Positions 19,844 through 31,300 of a stretch of DNA of 64,000 nucleotides are shown here, piece after piece. Numbering within the stretch: the first letter of the stretch is position 1; every line of letters starts with the position of its first letter. The stretch is from the NCBI GenBank assembly GCA_964001175.1, contig CAXFAS010000005.1, positions 1,570 to 65,569 on the forward strand. Direction: 5' to 3'. The notes beneath the pieces are model-generated. The model had not been told where the DNA came from and made no database searches. It saw only the letters and a program-made list of their open reading frames with translations. The DNA comes from an uncultured euryarchaeote. GTDB taxonomy: Archaea > Thermoplasmatota > Poseidoniia > Poseidoniales > Poseidoniaceae. The position numbers and the translations under genes are program-made.

Positions 19844-21829
19844 ATGCGCGAAAATTGGCCCCCCAAAAAAATCGCGCTTTCCAAAGACAAACGTATTCTG
19901 TTTTTAACCAAGGATTTAGATCTCATCAAAAAGCAGCTTTATGATGGATTAAATCTAAGCATGAAGGATTTAGACCCTAGTGACTTACTAGATGACATAA
20001 ACACCGATGTTATGACTCCTGCATGGGTTTGCTTTGATCACGAACCATCTGAAATTGCAAAAAATGCTTATGCTGGTTTAAAGTATAACGGTCTAAGAGT
20101 TTTCAATGAAAATGCTCTGATTGATGGTAATTTTGAGGTTATCGTATCTGGACAAAGAAAGGGCACAGGGTCAAGCAGAGAAACCGCTGCCCAGTGTGAA
20201 AGATGGGCTGGAATAAATATCGTCATAGCTTCATCTTTCGCACCGATACATGAAAGAAATAACATCAACTTAGGACAACTAATGGGCGACTATTCGATGC
20301 TCGAAAGATTACAGGAAGGTGAAGAAATCAATCTTGAAGAGTTCACTAGTAAATATGATGATGTGACTAAATTAATTATCGAAAATGGTGGATTATTTCC
20401 TTTCGCTGAGAAACTGAAAAATAAACAAATCACCCTCACACCCTTGGAAACGCCTGACGGCCCTATGACAATGGCTGAAAAAATCATTGCTAGAAATTTA
20501 GTTGGACAAAGGGAAGGGCAGTGTGTAAAACCGCATGACCCGGTCATTTCTCAGGTTCAAGGAGGATATAGTCATGAATTTACTACTGCTCAAGTTCATA
20601 CTTTCTTGAGTGATGAGTATGGGTCGGATTATTCCTTACCTAACCCGAGTAAATTTGCTGTTTTTGAGGACCATCTACTGTATGCACATCATAATCCAAA
20701 ATTCGTACCACACATGGATAAAGTCCAAACCTTAAGAGATTTGCAAGTCGAGTTTCAAAAGCATGCCGGAGTTAGAGATTATTCGGCTAAAGATGGGGTT
20801 TCTCCGGGGATTTGCCATCAAGTAGCAAGAGAGGAGTTCATAGAAATTGGTGATTTTATTCAAGCAACTGATTCGCATACCTGTATGGGCGGGGCATCAA
20901 ATGCACTAACATATGGAGTCGGAGCGACTGAATATGCGAGTCTAATTTATTCAGGATTCACATTTGTTAAAGTACCTGAATCTATTAGATTTAATTTAGT
21001 TGGTACGCTAAACAAAGGATGCACTGCTAAGGACGTCATACTATTCATTTTAGCAGATCACGCTAGAGAGGAATTAACTCTCAATCGTTCTATGGAATTT
21101 GGTGGCCCTGGGCTGGAATCACTATCTATTGATGAAAGAGCAACACTCTGCAACATGGCCACAGAATGTAGTGGTAGAACTGGTATTTGTGAACCAGATG
21201 AGTTACTATACGAATGGATGGAGAACGCTCAATCACTAGACCGAGACAAGATGATACAATTATCTGTTATTCCAGATGAAGATGCTGTGTATCATGGAGG
21301 AGTTCATAATATCGACTTATCAGAGATCGTGCCAATGGTGGCTCACCCCGGGAATCCTGACGAAGGAGTACCATCCGACCCGACCAATGGTGCAAATATT
21401 TCTGATATTGGAAGTGTACAAATCGATATTGCTTATGGCGGGTCTTGTACTGCAGGCAAAGAAGATGATATTGCATATTATGCAATGGTGTGTTCTGCTG
21501 CTGATTCTGCAGGTTTGAAAGTAAAAACTGGTGTTGAATTCTATATCCAATATGGCAGTGGATTAGTAAAGGATTTAGCTGTACGGAAAGGTTGGCATGA
21601 TTTATTTCTAAAGGTAGGTGTCAAGTTAATCGATCCGGGTTGTGGCGCCTGTATTGGTGCAGGTCCCGGCGTTTCAATTACTCCTGAACAAGTCACGGTT
21701 TCAGCAATTAATCGTAATTTCCAAGGACGATCTGGCCCGGGTAAATTATATCTCGCAAGTCCACTAACTGTTGCTTCATCGGCTTTCTTTGGAGAAATAG
21801 TTTCTTGGAGAGATGATTTGTTTCAATGA
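19844..21829 (+). CDS. Aconitase-family hydratase with swivel (LeuD-like) domain fused before a LeuC-like domain
   Basis: DDINTD and GSSRE at the N-terminus; DSHT, GSCT, CGAC and NRNF..R downstream. Confidence 0.85.
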   Translation: MRENWPPKKIALSKDKRILFLTKDLDLIKKQLYDGLNLSMKDLDPSDLLDDINTDVMTPAWVCFDHEPSEIAKNAYAGLKYNGLRVFNENALIDGNFEVIVSGQRKGTGSSRETAAQCERWAGINIVIASSFAPIHERNNINLGQLMGDYSMLERLQEGEEINLEEFTSKYDDVTKLIIENGGLFPFAEKLKNKQITLTPLETPDGPMTMAEKIIARNLVGQREGQCVKPHDPVISQVQGGYSHEFTTAQVHTFLSDEYGSDYSLPNPSKFAVFEDHLLYAHHNPKFVPHMDKVQTLRDLQVEFQKHAGVRDYSAKDGVSPGICHQVAREEFIEIGDFIQATDSHTCMGGASNALTYGVGATEYASLIYSGFTFVKVPESIRFNLVGTLNKGCTAKDVILFILADHAREELTLNRSMEFGGPGLESLSIDERATLCNMATECSGRTGICEPDELLYEWMENAQSLDRDKMIQLSVIPDEDAVYHGGVHNIDLSEIVPMVAHPGNPDEGVPSDPTNGANISDIGSVQIDIAYGGSCTAGKEDDIAYYAMVCSAADSAGLKVKTGVEFYIQYGSGLVKDLAVRKGWHDLFLKVGVKLIDPGCGACIGAGPGVSITPEQVTVSAINRNFQGRSGPGKLYLASPLTVASSAFFGEIVSWRDDLFQ

Positions 21830-22518
21830 TAAGCATGAAATTAAGAATTCTTTCTTCCGGAGCTATTATCGTTATAGGCGGAATTATTCTATCAATGACT
21901 TTGACCCAATTAATTTTGAGTCAAGCTATTGATCTGATTTCATGGTTTGGTGATTCGGGAATTCAAGGTAAAATTGCATTTATTGGATTATATGTTGTTT
22001 TTGGAATCCTAGTTATCCCGGCAAGTTTTCACAAATATCTATCTGGAATTCTTTTCGGGTTTACAATTGGATTACTGATAGCATGGATAGGAGGCATGAT
22101 TGCTGCGATAATTCCTTTCCTTCTCGGAAAAAGATGGTTAAATCCATATGCACAAAAATTACTAGATAAAAATCCAAAACTGAGAGGGTTAGAAAAAGCA
22201 ATTATTGTCGATAAATGGAAGACTGTTGCTTTGTCTAGAGTGAGTCTAGTAATTCCATATGGCGTGCTAAATTATGCTTTTGGTGCCACAGATATAAGAT
22301 TTAGAGATTATATTTTAGGAAATTTTGCTATGATTGTTCCATCAATAATGTATGCTTGGTGGGGCTCACAAACCCGAATTATATCTGGTTCAATCGAAAC
22401 ACAAGATAAAGGAATTAGTTATACAATCAGCATTATAGTATCAATAATTCTTACCTTTTGGCTAGTTGTTAGAAGTACTTCGATATCACGAAAAATTGAA
22501 TCTTTCGAAAATATGTAA
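21826..22518 (+). CDS. TVP38/TMEM64 (DedA/VTT) membrane protein
   Basis: SGILFG..G, RVSLVIPYGVLNYAFGAT. Confidence 0.85.
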   Translation: MISMKLRILSSGAIIVIGGIILSMTLTQLILSQAIDLISWFGDSGIQGKIAFIGLYVVFGILVIPASFHKYLSGILFGFTIGLLIAWIGGMIAAIIPFLLGKRWLNPYAQKLLDKNPKLRGLEKAIIVDKWKTVALSRVSLVIPYGVLNYAFGATDIRFRDYILGNFAMIVPSIMYAWWGSQTRIISGSIETQDKGISYTISIIVSIILTFWLVVRSTSISRKIESFENM

Positions 22519-22645
22519 AGGTCTGAAATCGATTCTTGTAACTATAATACGGTATTAGGATTAAAAACCGTCGGCATTCCATGACCGGTAACACTAGTGG
22601 CCCGACGTCATTGGGACGGAGGAGGACCAATGTGGAGGTCTAAGT

Positions 22646-24763
22646 ATGGCTGGAATCGCACAGAAACTCGCATCAAATCAAAAACAAGTTGCAATATCGG
22701 AATTCTTTGAGAAGAATAAACACTTTCTTGGTTTCGATTCCTTATCACGTTCACTAATAACTGCAGTAAAAGAAGCAGTAGATAATGCATTGGATGCTTG
22801 TGAAGAGGCGCGAATCTTACCTGAGATAAAGGTCGAGATCAATAAATTAGACAACAAAAAAGACATTGTTCGATTAAAAGTGGAGGACAATGGTCCAGGG
22901 ATTCCACAAAAAAGTATTGAGAAAGTATTCGGACAACTCCTATTCGGATCTAGATTTCATGCGATTAGGCAATCGAGAGGTCAGCAAGGTATCGGTATTA
23001 CTGGGGTTGTAATGTACAGCCAATTAACGACGGGTAAACCGACTCATGTTAGATCAAAAATCGCAACTGAATCAACCGCTGCGGTTGTAGATATCGGTCT
23101 AGATACTAGAAAAAATAAGGCTGTAAAAAGTAACCAAGGTAGAGAAGGCTGGTTCAATGAAGATGGTTCAATGAAACAACATGGACTGGAAGTTACAACT
23201 CAATTAAAGGCCAAATATCAGAAAGGAAGACAGAGTGTTTGGCAGTATCTAAGAATGACCAGCATCGTAAATCCTCATGCTGAAATTACATTTACAGACC
23301 CAGAAGGAGAAGTTCACCACTGGCCAAGAGTGACTGAAAGACTCCCGCGTAAAGTAGATTCGATTAAGCCACACCCTCATGGAATAGAACTTGGGCAATT
23401 GCAAAGAATGTTATCTGAATCTAAAGATTCAAGACTTTCTGTATTCTTACGAATGAACTTTTCCGGAGTTTCAAATCGTGCTGCAAAGGAGTTGTGTGCT
23501 GCTGCAGAACTTGATGTAAGTACTAAGCCTAAACAAATGAAGCCTGATGATATTCGCGCTTTACTAGAAGCCTTTCAAGGCGAGAGAATGTTTAATGGCA
23601 AACCAGTTAAAATGCTAAATCCTCCTACTAATTGTCTTTCTCCAATTGAAGAAATGCTAATCAAAAAAGGGCTTTCAAAAACTATCGATTCTAGATTTGT
23701 AACTACTATGACTAGAGTTCCTAATGTATCTCAAGGAAACCCATATCAGATAGAAGTAGGGCTGATTTTTGGCGGTTCGATGGCTTCAGATAAGCCTGTA
23801 GAGGTTCTTAGATTTGCAAATAGAGTACCATTGATGTATCAACAGGGAGGATGTCTTCTTACAAAAGCCATAGAAAGTGTTGATTGGAGGCAATACGGTT
23901 TAGAACAGCCAGGTGCTAAAGGAGTTCCAAAGGGACCTGCTGCAATTTTAGTACATCTAGCAAGTACTAATGTTCAATTTACTTCTGAAGCAAAGGAAGC
24001 CCTAGCCGAAAACGAAGAGGTCATAGAAGAGGCAAGAAAAGCAATGCTGGAAATGGGACGTGGATTAAGGAAGCATCTTGAAAAGAAGAAGAAAATGGCC
24101 AAAACTCAAGAAAAATTCGAATTAATCAATGATATTTTACCAGCAATAGCTGCTAAATCAGCTGAAATTTTAGACAAGCCTATTCCCGACCTTGCTGGAT
24201 CTATTACTCAAATTATGTCTGCCGTTATCGGGGAAACAAGCACTACTTGGAATAAAGAGACAAAACAAACTGATGTAGAAATAACTCTTTTCAATTATAC
24301 TTCTCGCTCTAGAGCATATACAATTCTTGCAACGTGGCCTGAAAAAGCTGGAGCCAAGATAATTGGAAATGAAAATGGTGGTAGAAAAGAAGCAATGGGG
24401 GTTTGGGCATGGAAATTAGAAACTCTTCAACCCGGGCAGAGATTTGTCATCAAGTATAGTTTAGAAGGCCTTGAAAAAGGTGACTGGGTTGATACCGACA
24501 TCTTTTACAGAGGTTCCCAGGAAGTAATAGGTGCTATGAAGATGGATGAAAAATACCTAGAAGAGATTAGAAAACAAGAACAGGTGATGAAAGAAATGTC
24601 AACACAGAATACTGAACCAAGTGAAACTACAGAAATAGAACAAAATAACTCAAATGATATTGAAACTCCGGAGATAGATTTGGATGAAATTATTGCTTCT
24701 CTAGGAGAGCCGAAAGTTAAGCCGCCTAATGGTCAAAGCACCCTGTTTGGAGGTGGTCAGTAA
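22646..24763 (+). CDS. top6B: DNA topoisomerase VI subunit B
   Basis: EAVDNALDA, DNGPGI, SRGQQGIG GHKL motifs, RFANRVPL. Confidence 0.96.
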   Translation: MAGIAQKLASNQKQVAISEFFEKNKHFLGFDSLSRSLITAVKEAVDNALDACEEARILPEIKVEINKLDNKKDIVRLKVEDNGPGIPQKSIEKVFGQLLFGSRFHAIRQSRGQQGIGITGVVMYSQLTTGKPTHVRSKIATESTAAVVDIGLDTRKNKAVKSNQGREGWFNEDGSMKQHGLEVTTQLKAKYQKGRQSVWQYLRMTSIVNPHAEITFTDPEGEVHHWPRVTERLPRKVDSIKPHPHGIELGQLQRMLSESKDSRLSVFLRMNFSGVSNRAAKELCAAAELDVSTKPKQMKPDDIRALLEAFQGERMFNGKPVKMLNPPTNCLSPIEEMLIKKGLSKTIDSRFVTTMTRVPNVSQGNPYQIEVGLIFGGSMASDKPVEVLRFANRVPLMYQQGGCLLTKAIESVDWRQYGLEQPGAKGVPKGPAAILVHLASTNVQFTSEAKEALAENEEVIEEARKAMLEMGRGLRKHLEKKKKMAKTQEKFELINDILPAIAAKSAEILDKPIPDLAGSITQIMSAVIGETSTTWNKETKQTDVEITLFNYTSRSRAYTILATWPEKAGAKIIGNENGGRKEAMGVWAWKLETLQPGQRFVIKYSLEGLEKGDWVDTDIFYRGSQEVIGAMKMDEKYLEEIRKQEQVMKEMSTQNTEPSETTEIEQNNSNDIETPEIDLDEIIASLGEPKVKPPNGQSTLFGGGQ

Positions 24764-25860
24764 TGGTCCAACGTTTTACAGCTGGAGAAACCAAAGATGC
24801 AATGCATCAGGTAGTTACTGAAATGTATGATAAAATAATCAAAGGTGAGGCTCCAACAATGACCCTTCCTGTTAGAACAAAGAATAACATTGGATTTGAT
24901 CAGAAATTAGGTGTTTACAAGTACGGTAAAAAGAGATCTATTAGAGATGCTACAAGCCTTGGTTCAGCGAAGCAATTACTACGAGCGCTATATGTTATCG
25001 AATTCATAGAAGAGATGATTGATGCTGGAAAATCCTCAACTCTCAGAGAGATGTACTATATTTCAGAAAGTTGGGGCTTAGGTAAATTTGGTAGTCAAAA
25101 TGAATCAAATAACCTTGCTGAAGATTTGGAAATTGTGACAAAATGTCTTAGAGAAGATTTCAAACTTAGACCTGAGGAAGATGGTGCTAGAATGATTGGA
25201 AATTTAACACTAAGAGAAAGAAATCGTAGGGGAGAATGGATGAGAATTAATGCAAGAGATGATGTTGGGGACTCTGGATATGGAGTACCTTACAACGTTG
25301 AGACTGAAAAAATCGAATTATTAGAAAATGATATTGATTTCATTATGGCTATTGAGACTGGTGGTATGTTCGATAGATTGATAGAAAATGGATTTGATGA
25401 AGACTTCCGTTGTGGTTTACTTCATCTTAAGGGTCAACCTGCAAGGTCGACTCGTAGAATAATCAAACGTATGAGTGAAGAATGGGATTTACCTGTTGTT
25501 GTTTTCTTAGACGGTGATCCGTGGTCTTTCAGAATTTTTGCTTCGATTGCATATGGTGCAATTAAAACCGCCCATATTTCTGAATATTTGGCTACTCCAA
25601 GTGCTACTTATCTAGGAATTACTGCAGATGATATTTTAGCCTATGATTTACCGAGTGATGACCTTTCAAAGAAAGATATTGAAGCACTTAATGCTGAACT
25701 TTCAGATCCAAGATTCGCCGATAGTTGGTGGCAAGACCAGATCAATATGATGCTTGAATTAGGTAAGAAGGCTGAACAACAATCACTAGCCAAATATGGT
25801 CTTGACTTCGTAACTGAAACATACCTACCTGAAAAATTAGCCGAACTAGGACTTGCGTGA
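24763..25860 (+). CDS. top6A: DNA topoisomerase VI subunit A
   Basis: TLREMYY catalytic Tyr, AIETGG, DGDPW, KAEQQ. Confidence 0.96.
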   Translation: MVQRFTAGETKDAMHQVVTEMYDKIIKGEAPTMTLPVRTKNNIGFDQKLGVYKYGKKRSIRDATSLGSAKQLLRALYVIEFIEEMIDAGKSSTLREMYYISESWGLGKFGSQNESNNLAEDLEIVTKCLREDFKLRPEEDGARMIGNLTLRERNRRGEWMRINARDDVGDSGYGVPYNVETEKIELLENDIDFIMAIETGGMFDRLIENGFDEDFRCGLLHLKGQPARSTRRIIKRMSEEWDLPVVVFLDGDPWSFRIFASIAYGAIKTAHISEYLATPSATYLGITADDILAYDLPSDDLSKKDIEALNAELSDPRFADSWWQDQINMMLELGKKAEQQSLAKYGLDFVTETYLPEKLAELGLA

Positions 25861-25902
25861 TTTAGTGCAAGGATTGATTTGGGAAGATGTTGACGAATTA
25901 TC

Positions 25903-26931
25903 ATGGCGAGCCCATCTAGTCAGTCAAACCCTTGGGCAATGCGCATTGGGATTTTTGGTTTAGTTTGTGTTTTCATCAGCGCAATAATGCTTTTTAGCCA
26001 AACTGATGCTATCGATAATGCGTTTAATCCAAGGAATTTGAGTGAAATAAAAGTCACTGGCGAGAATTCGGAAATAGGTGAATTAGATATCGGCTGTCAT
26101 ATCGCTGTTGGTCTTGATAACGAAGAATATGGTGAAATGACATTGAAACAGATGGTTGGCTCATCTCCTAGTAGTGATTCTATTGAGACTACTTCCTGTG
26201 CAACCGACTGGCAACCAATGGACTCATCAGGTCAAGAATATTACTTTGTAGAAGAATGGGATGTCACAGAAAAAGGAGAATATGTTCTATCGATGGAATG
26301 TTCCACTGATGTTGACTGCGGTAATTCTACTATTTGGCTTGTAGATGTAACCAAAGCACAGTGGACAGTATTTGGGGAAACTGGTCTAATTGCTGCTGGC
26401 GGATTGTGCTGCTTCGGACTAATTCTTCTTCCTGTCGCAATGATTCTTTATTTCTCTAACAAAGGGAAATCTAATGTGATGATGATTAATGCTAACGGCC
26501 AAATAATGCCATTGACAGACTTGACCCCTCAAACAATTGAAAGGATGAATAACAAACCTGAAGAGATTATTGATAACCCATTTGCTGATACTGGAATTTC
26601 TGATTCAGAGGAGTTCATAGATGGTAAAGAAGGTGTTGAAAATGGAACACTTCTAACGACTGAGCAAGTTTTTGCTTTGATGCGTGGAGATGTCGAAGAA
26701 GCGCAAAATAGAGTCAGTGATCCATTTGCTGATTTCAATCAAAAAATGGAAATAGATGACAATCAGGAAAAGAAAGATAATTCCAATGTCATCGCTTTTT
26801 GGGATGCTGGAGATGAAAAGGAAATTGCTACAAATTCCTCAAAACAATCCATTAAAGACAAAAAAGGAAGTCAAACGCCGAAGAAAAAGCAAACAGATAC
26901 CGGTGCATGGAAAGAATGGGATGAACTTTGA
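25903..26931 (+). CDS. Hypothetical membrane protein
   Basis: N-terminal and central TM segments, Cys-containing external domain, acidic tail. Confidence 0.65.
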   Translation: MASPSSQSNPWAMRIGIFGLVCVFISAIMLFSQTDAIDNAFNPRNLSEIKVTGENSEIGELDIGCHIAVGLDNEEYGEMTLKQMVGSSPSSDSIETTSCATDWQPMDSSGQEYYFVEEWDVTEKGEYVLSMECSTDVDCGNSTIWLVDVTKAQWTVFGETGLIAAGGLCCFGLILLPVAMILYFSNKGKSNVMMINANGQIMPLTDLTPQTIERMNNKPEEIIDNPFADTGISDSEEFIDGKEGVENGTLLTTEQVFALMRGDVEEAQNRVSDPFADFNQKMEIDDNQEKKDNSNVIAFWDAGDEKEIATNSSKQSIKDKKGSQTPKKKQTDTGAWKEWDEL

Positions 26932-26940
26932 GTGATTCAG

Positions 26941-27510
26941 ATGGAAAAATATTTTCGAATTGCTGCAGGAATTATTGGATTTATCTTGGTTCTGTTATCT
27001 GTAATTGGAATGAATAGTGAATTAGCAGATTCTGATGAAGTTCAAACTATGCTTCCTCCGTGTGAAGTAGATGATGGTGTACCAATATTACCTGGTGACG
27101 AGGAAGTAATTTGCTACTGGGGTATGTCTGTTGAAATTCTAGAAATACCTTCAGAAGCGATTGCTGCCGATGTTATTGTTGATATCTCTTGGGATAAACA
27201 AGACGTATGGATTGGAATTGCTGACGCTGAACAAATATCAAATTGTGAATTAAAAAATGATTACTATGAATGTCCTAAAGATTCGATTACTTTAATTGAG
27301 GGCGGTCAGAACTCAAATGGGGAGATTAGTTGGTCACCCGAACCGGGCGAATATCGATTTGTTGCTGGAGGAGAAGATACACAATCACTACAGCAATTTT
27401 TAGTTAATTGGGAATATGAAGCTACTTTGAAAGGCGGTGTTGCAATACCATTAATGCTAATTGGTGCTGCACTTCTTTTCTATTCAATTTTTAGAAAAAT
27501 TCTATTCTAA
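26941..27510 (+). CDS. Hypothetical membrane-anchored protein
   Basis: TM helices at both ends. Confidence 0.65.
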   Translation: MEKYFRIAAGIIGFILVLLSVIGMNSELADSDEVQTMLPPCEVDDGVPILPGDEEVICYWGMSVEILEIPSEAIAADVIVDISWDKQDVWIGIADAEQISNCELKNDYYECPKDSITLIEGGQNSNGEISWSPEPGEYRFVAGGEDTQSLQQFLVNWEYEATLKGGVAIPLMLIGAALLFYSIFRKILF

Positions 27511-27564
27511 TCTTTCGACGCATTGAAAAAGGTGTACTATCTAGGTAACCTTAGGTTGAGCAGT

Positions 27565-28317
27565 ATGGTGGATATTGATTTAGCATTGTCGATTCTTCAA
27601 AACAAAGTTCGAAGACAAATTCTAGAGCGTCTTGTTAGAGAACCACATTATCCCATGCAATTGGCTGATTTAATCGGTGTAAGTCAACAAGCTATAATGA
27701 AACATCTAAAAGAATTGGAAAAGGGTAAATTTGTCGCTAAAATGAAAGTTCCTAGTGACAAAGGTGGTCCGCCTAGAACAATTTATTCTGTTCAACAAGC
27801 AATTTCATTGAGGATTGATCTTGGACCAGATCTGTTCACCTGTGAACAAAGAAGATTACCTGGCGGAGGTCCAATGAGGCTATCTAAATCTTTACCAGAG
27901 CATAGTATTAGAGTTGCAGAAATTGTAAGTGGGCGTAAGAAGATCTCAGTTGGTGAAGGAGTTTCTCATCTTGCTGAACTTAGTAATATCCTTGAAGATT
28001 TAGATTCTCAAAGAGACGCCATTATTTCACTACATCAGCACATTAGAAATCGAATATCTGTTTCTGTAGATGCTGATTTTAAAATGTACGAACAAAGAGC
28101 GATGGTACATTCTATTATTGAAGCACCTACTAAGAAAGTAGATTTTACTGCACTTAGCAAAGAACTTCAGTTAGGTCAAAAACAAATGAATGAATTGATG
28201 GACGAAGTCAGTACAAGACTGGAAAGACAAATCTCAGAAAAGGCTGGACACATAATCGCTGGAACACAAAATTCTAGTTTACACTGGTGGTTAGGCAATT
28301 ACAAGCCTAAGAAATAA
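27565..28317 (+). CDS. ArsR-family HTH transcriptional regulator
   Basis: LQNKVRRQIL..EPHYPMQLA..VSQQAIMKHL..GPPRTIY. Confidence 0.85.
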   Translation: MVDIDLALSILQNKVRRQILERLVREPHYPMQLADLIGVSQQAIMKHLKELEKGKFVAKMKVPSDKGGPPRTIYSVQQAISLRIDLGPDLFTCEQRRLPGGGPMRLSKSLPEHSIRVAEIVSGRKKISVGEGVSHLAELSNILEDLDSQRDAIISLHQHIRNRISVSVDADFKMYEQRAMVHSIIEAPTKKVDFTALSKELQLGQKQMNELMDEVSTRLERQISEKAGHIIAGTQNSSLHWWLGNYKPKK

Positions 28318-28318
28318 C

Positions 28319-31300
28319 TCACTCTTTAGATTCAAGTACTGAAATAAGTGAAGATTGTTCACTTAATCTTTTGTTAACTTCTGCTCTTCTACCCTTTCCT
28401 ACAAAGTAAACAACACCCAATAGAGATAGTGTAAGTAAAATCACAACAAATGGTAATGCTGTCTTTCCAATAACCTGTCCAGCAACATCAAAGAATGGAC
28501 TTGGTGATTCAAGTGGTTCAGTGACTGCTTTGATGTTATTTCCTTCATTAGCTTCGACGATTTCATTCATTGGATCAACAACAACATACACACCTTTACT
28601 TCCTGCAACAACAGGATACAGAAGGTAAATTTCAACTTCCTGCACACCTGAAGCATCTTTCCCAAGCAATGCTCCGACTATTTGCCGCATAACAATACTA
28701 TCTTCATCACATCCATTGAGTTCAATTTCTTTCTCAATATCTGCATCATTTGCATCGTCATACTGGCAAAGAACAATCTCGATATCTGTAGCATGAGTAT
28801 TTCCAACATTCTGGAGTATTATTCCGATTGGAATTGTAGAATCAATATCTCCACTAAATGATGCAGGATTGATAATTTCCTTAATCACTAAGTCCGGAGC
28901 CTTCAACCTTAATTGTAAGACTAGTTCATTGCTATCAAGCATTTCTCCTTGCCATGAAGGAGATGAGTCGAAGTCTCCACCTTCAGTCATATCTCCTGCC
29001 TTAGAGACTACTTTCAAACCGATATACCTAGTATCTAATTTAGCCTCGGTTGAAATCTTGACAACTGCTACCATTTCATAGGTTTGATATGGTGACATCT
29101 TAGGCATCATGTAAATATCATTAGGAGCGATGTATGCACACTTTCCTCCATCCTGTGCTTCCTCTAACTGTGTTAGCCAAGAAGTATATTCGTCAGAAGA
29201 TTCTTCTGGCATTGGAGTATCAATTGTGATACATGCTTCATCTGTAGTCAAGTCATTTCCGATTTGAACTACATTTCTCCATTCAACACTCCAGCCTTGT
29301 AATTGAGACATTCCAGGAATTTGTTGCATGATTAAATCATTTCCTGATGATTCTGCAGTGTGGTTATCTAAAGAAGGCCAATCTTCTACATTTCCATTAT
29401 TGGTGATGTTTACTGTGAAACTTACAAACTTTCCAGGGGCTGAGGTCTTGGTTGGATTATCGACCCTCGGGTCCATGCTAATTTCCATATCATAGAATTC
29501 GTTAACATATACTAGCATTGTTTGAACATCTCTTAATTTTGTATTTCTACCCTGTTCATCTGGATAAGGTTCTTCCGAGTATGTTTGGAAGACAATGGTA
29601 TACAACCCTGCGCCGATATCTGTTTCAGGCACATTCATCAAAACATCGAATGTTTGCTGTGTACCTCTAGATAATTCTTGTAGTGAATCTCTAGGTATTA
29701 CAATATCCCAGTGGCCGTTTCTTACTGGAACGCCTGAAGGATCGATAACAGTAGCTAACCTGTAATCATATCTATCTGGACCATTTCCATTATTTGTCAC
29801 AGTTGTTGGAAGTGTTATCTTCTCTCCAGGATAAACAGAATAGGCAGAGACTGTTGCACCGTTAGCACCTTCTACTGAAATTATTCTATCGCTACTGAGG
29901 TTTGTTTCAGCATCCAAGTCAAATTCATGAATTACAGTTGTATCTAGTTTGATGAAATCTGAAATCTTAGGGTAGCCATCTAAGTAGGCTTTCAGAATAA
30001 TTGTTGGCCCTATTCCGGCCTTTGCATTATCTGGTGCGCACACTTCGACATATACGGTATGTTGAACATAATCTTGACCTGGTTGGATAGTCCATGACCT
30101 TGGTTGGCTTAGAGGATCATTTGTACCTGGGGCATCTCTAAAGTCTACTGAGACCTCCCAATTATCTTGTCTCCAAGTATTTTCATCAACTTCACTAGGA
30201 CGTGCTTCAGGGGCACCTGGTAGGGTGAATACAAGATCTCCTGAATCATAATTCTTAGTTATTGGAACTTCGTATTCATGACAGGCTAAATTTGGATCTC
30301 CTGCCTTGACGAATGCTTCACTATCTGTAGCCTCAAATACAATATTTCCAGATGATTTAATTGAAACGAAAATACCCAGCTCTAAGATATCATAAGTTCC
30401 TTTGTCGACTGACTTAATCGGTTCTCCTTCTGACCATCCCTTGAGATATATCACGAATGCCCCTGGGTCTTCAGAGGTTGGTACTTTCACTGTTAGAATC
30501 TTCGTAGTTGAAGTCCCTGGATCCAATTCAACACGCATTGGGAAAGTCACTTCCCATCCAAATGGAAGTAACCATTCTTGCTGACCTTCAAGCGTATTTG
30601 GATCCCAGAATAGGAAGCTGTCTTGTACATTTCCTGTATTCGTAATTGTGATTGAGAATGTTGCTTGTCCGCCTTGTTCAATATCTTGAACACTGTGAGA
30701 TGTATCCAAACTTATTCCATGAACTACATCCATCAGTGTAAGAGTCGTGAGGTCTGAACGAATTGCTGGATCTTTATACGACTTGGCTGTAACAACAATT
30801 TGCGCTAATTCATCTTCATTTGCTTGATAGATAGTAGGCGCCTTGACTCTGATGTAAAATCTAGTTGATTCACCACCTTCTAAGAAAATTGGCGTTGTTG
30901 GCATAATTTGTGTTTGGTTGTCTGCAAAGAACAGAGTTGCGGTCCAATTTTGTGGCACTCCGGTTATGTTTAGACCATATGTGTCAGCAACAAGTTGCTT
31001 ATCTCCAGGTGTTGAGTTATTCATTGTCATATTGAAAATAGTCTGTTCACCTGGCTCGATAACATGGTAGAACGTCTCTCCAGTATCAAGTTCGACATCG
31101 ACTTGTCCTGTTAAAACGTGAGAATAACAGATAGTATATCTACCATTATTTTGTTCGCTATTACACTTATTTTGGTCAGACCAACCGATATGGGCACCAC
31201 TTCCTAAATCATTGGCAAAGGCTGGAGGCATTCCTAAATCTGGCCTACTTCCAGTATCTGTTCCAAGTTTATTACTAGCCCATGTGGTAACTGGAATGAT

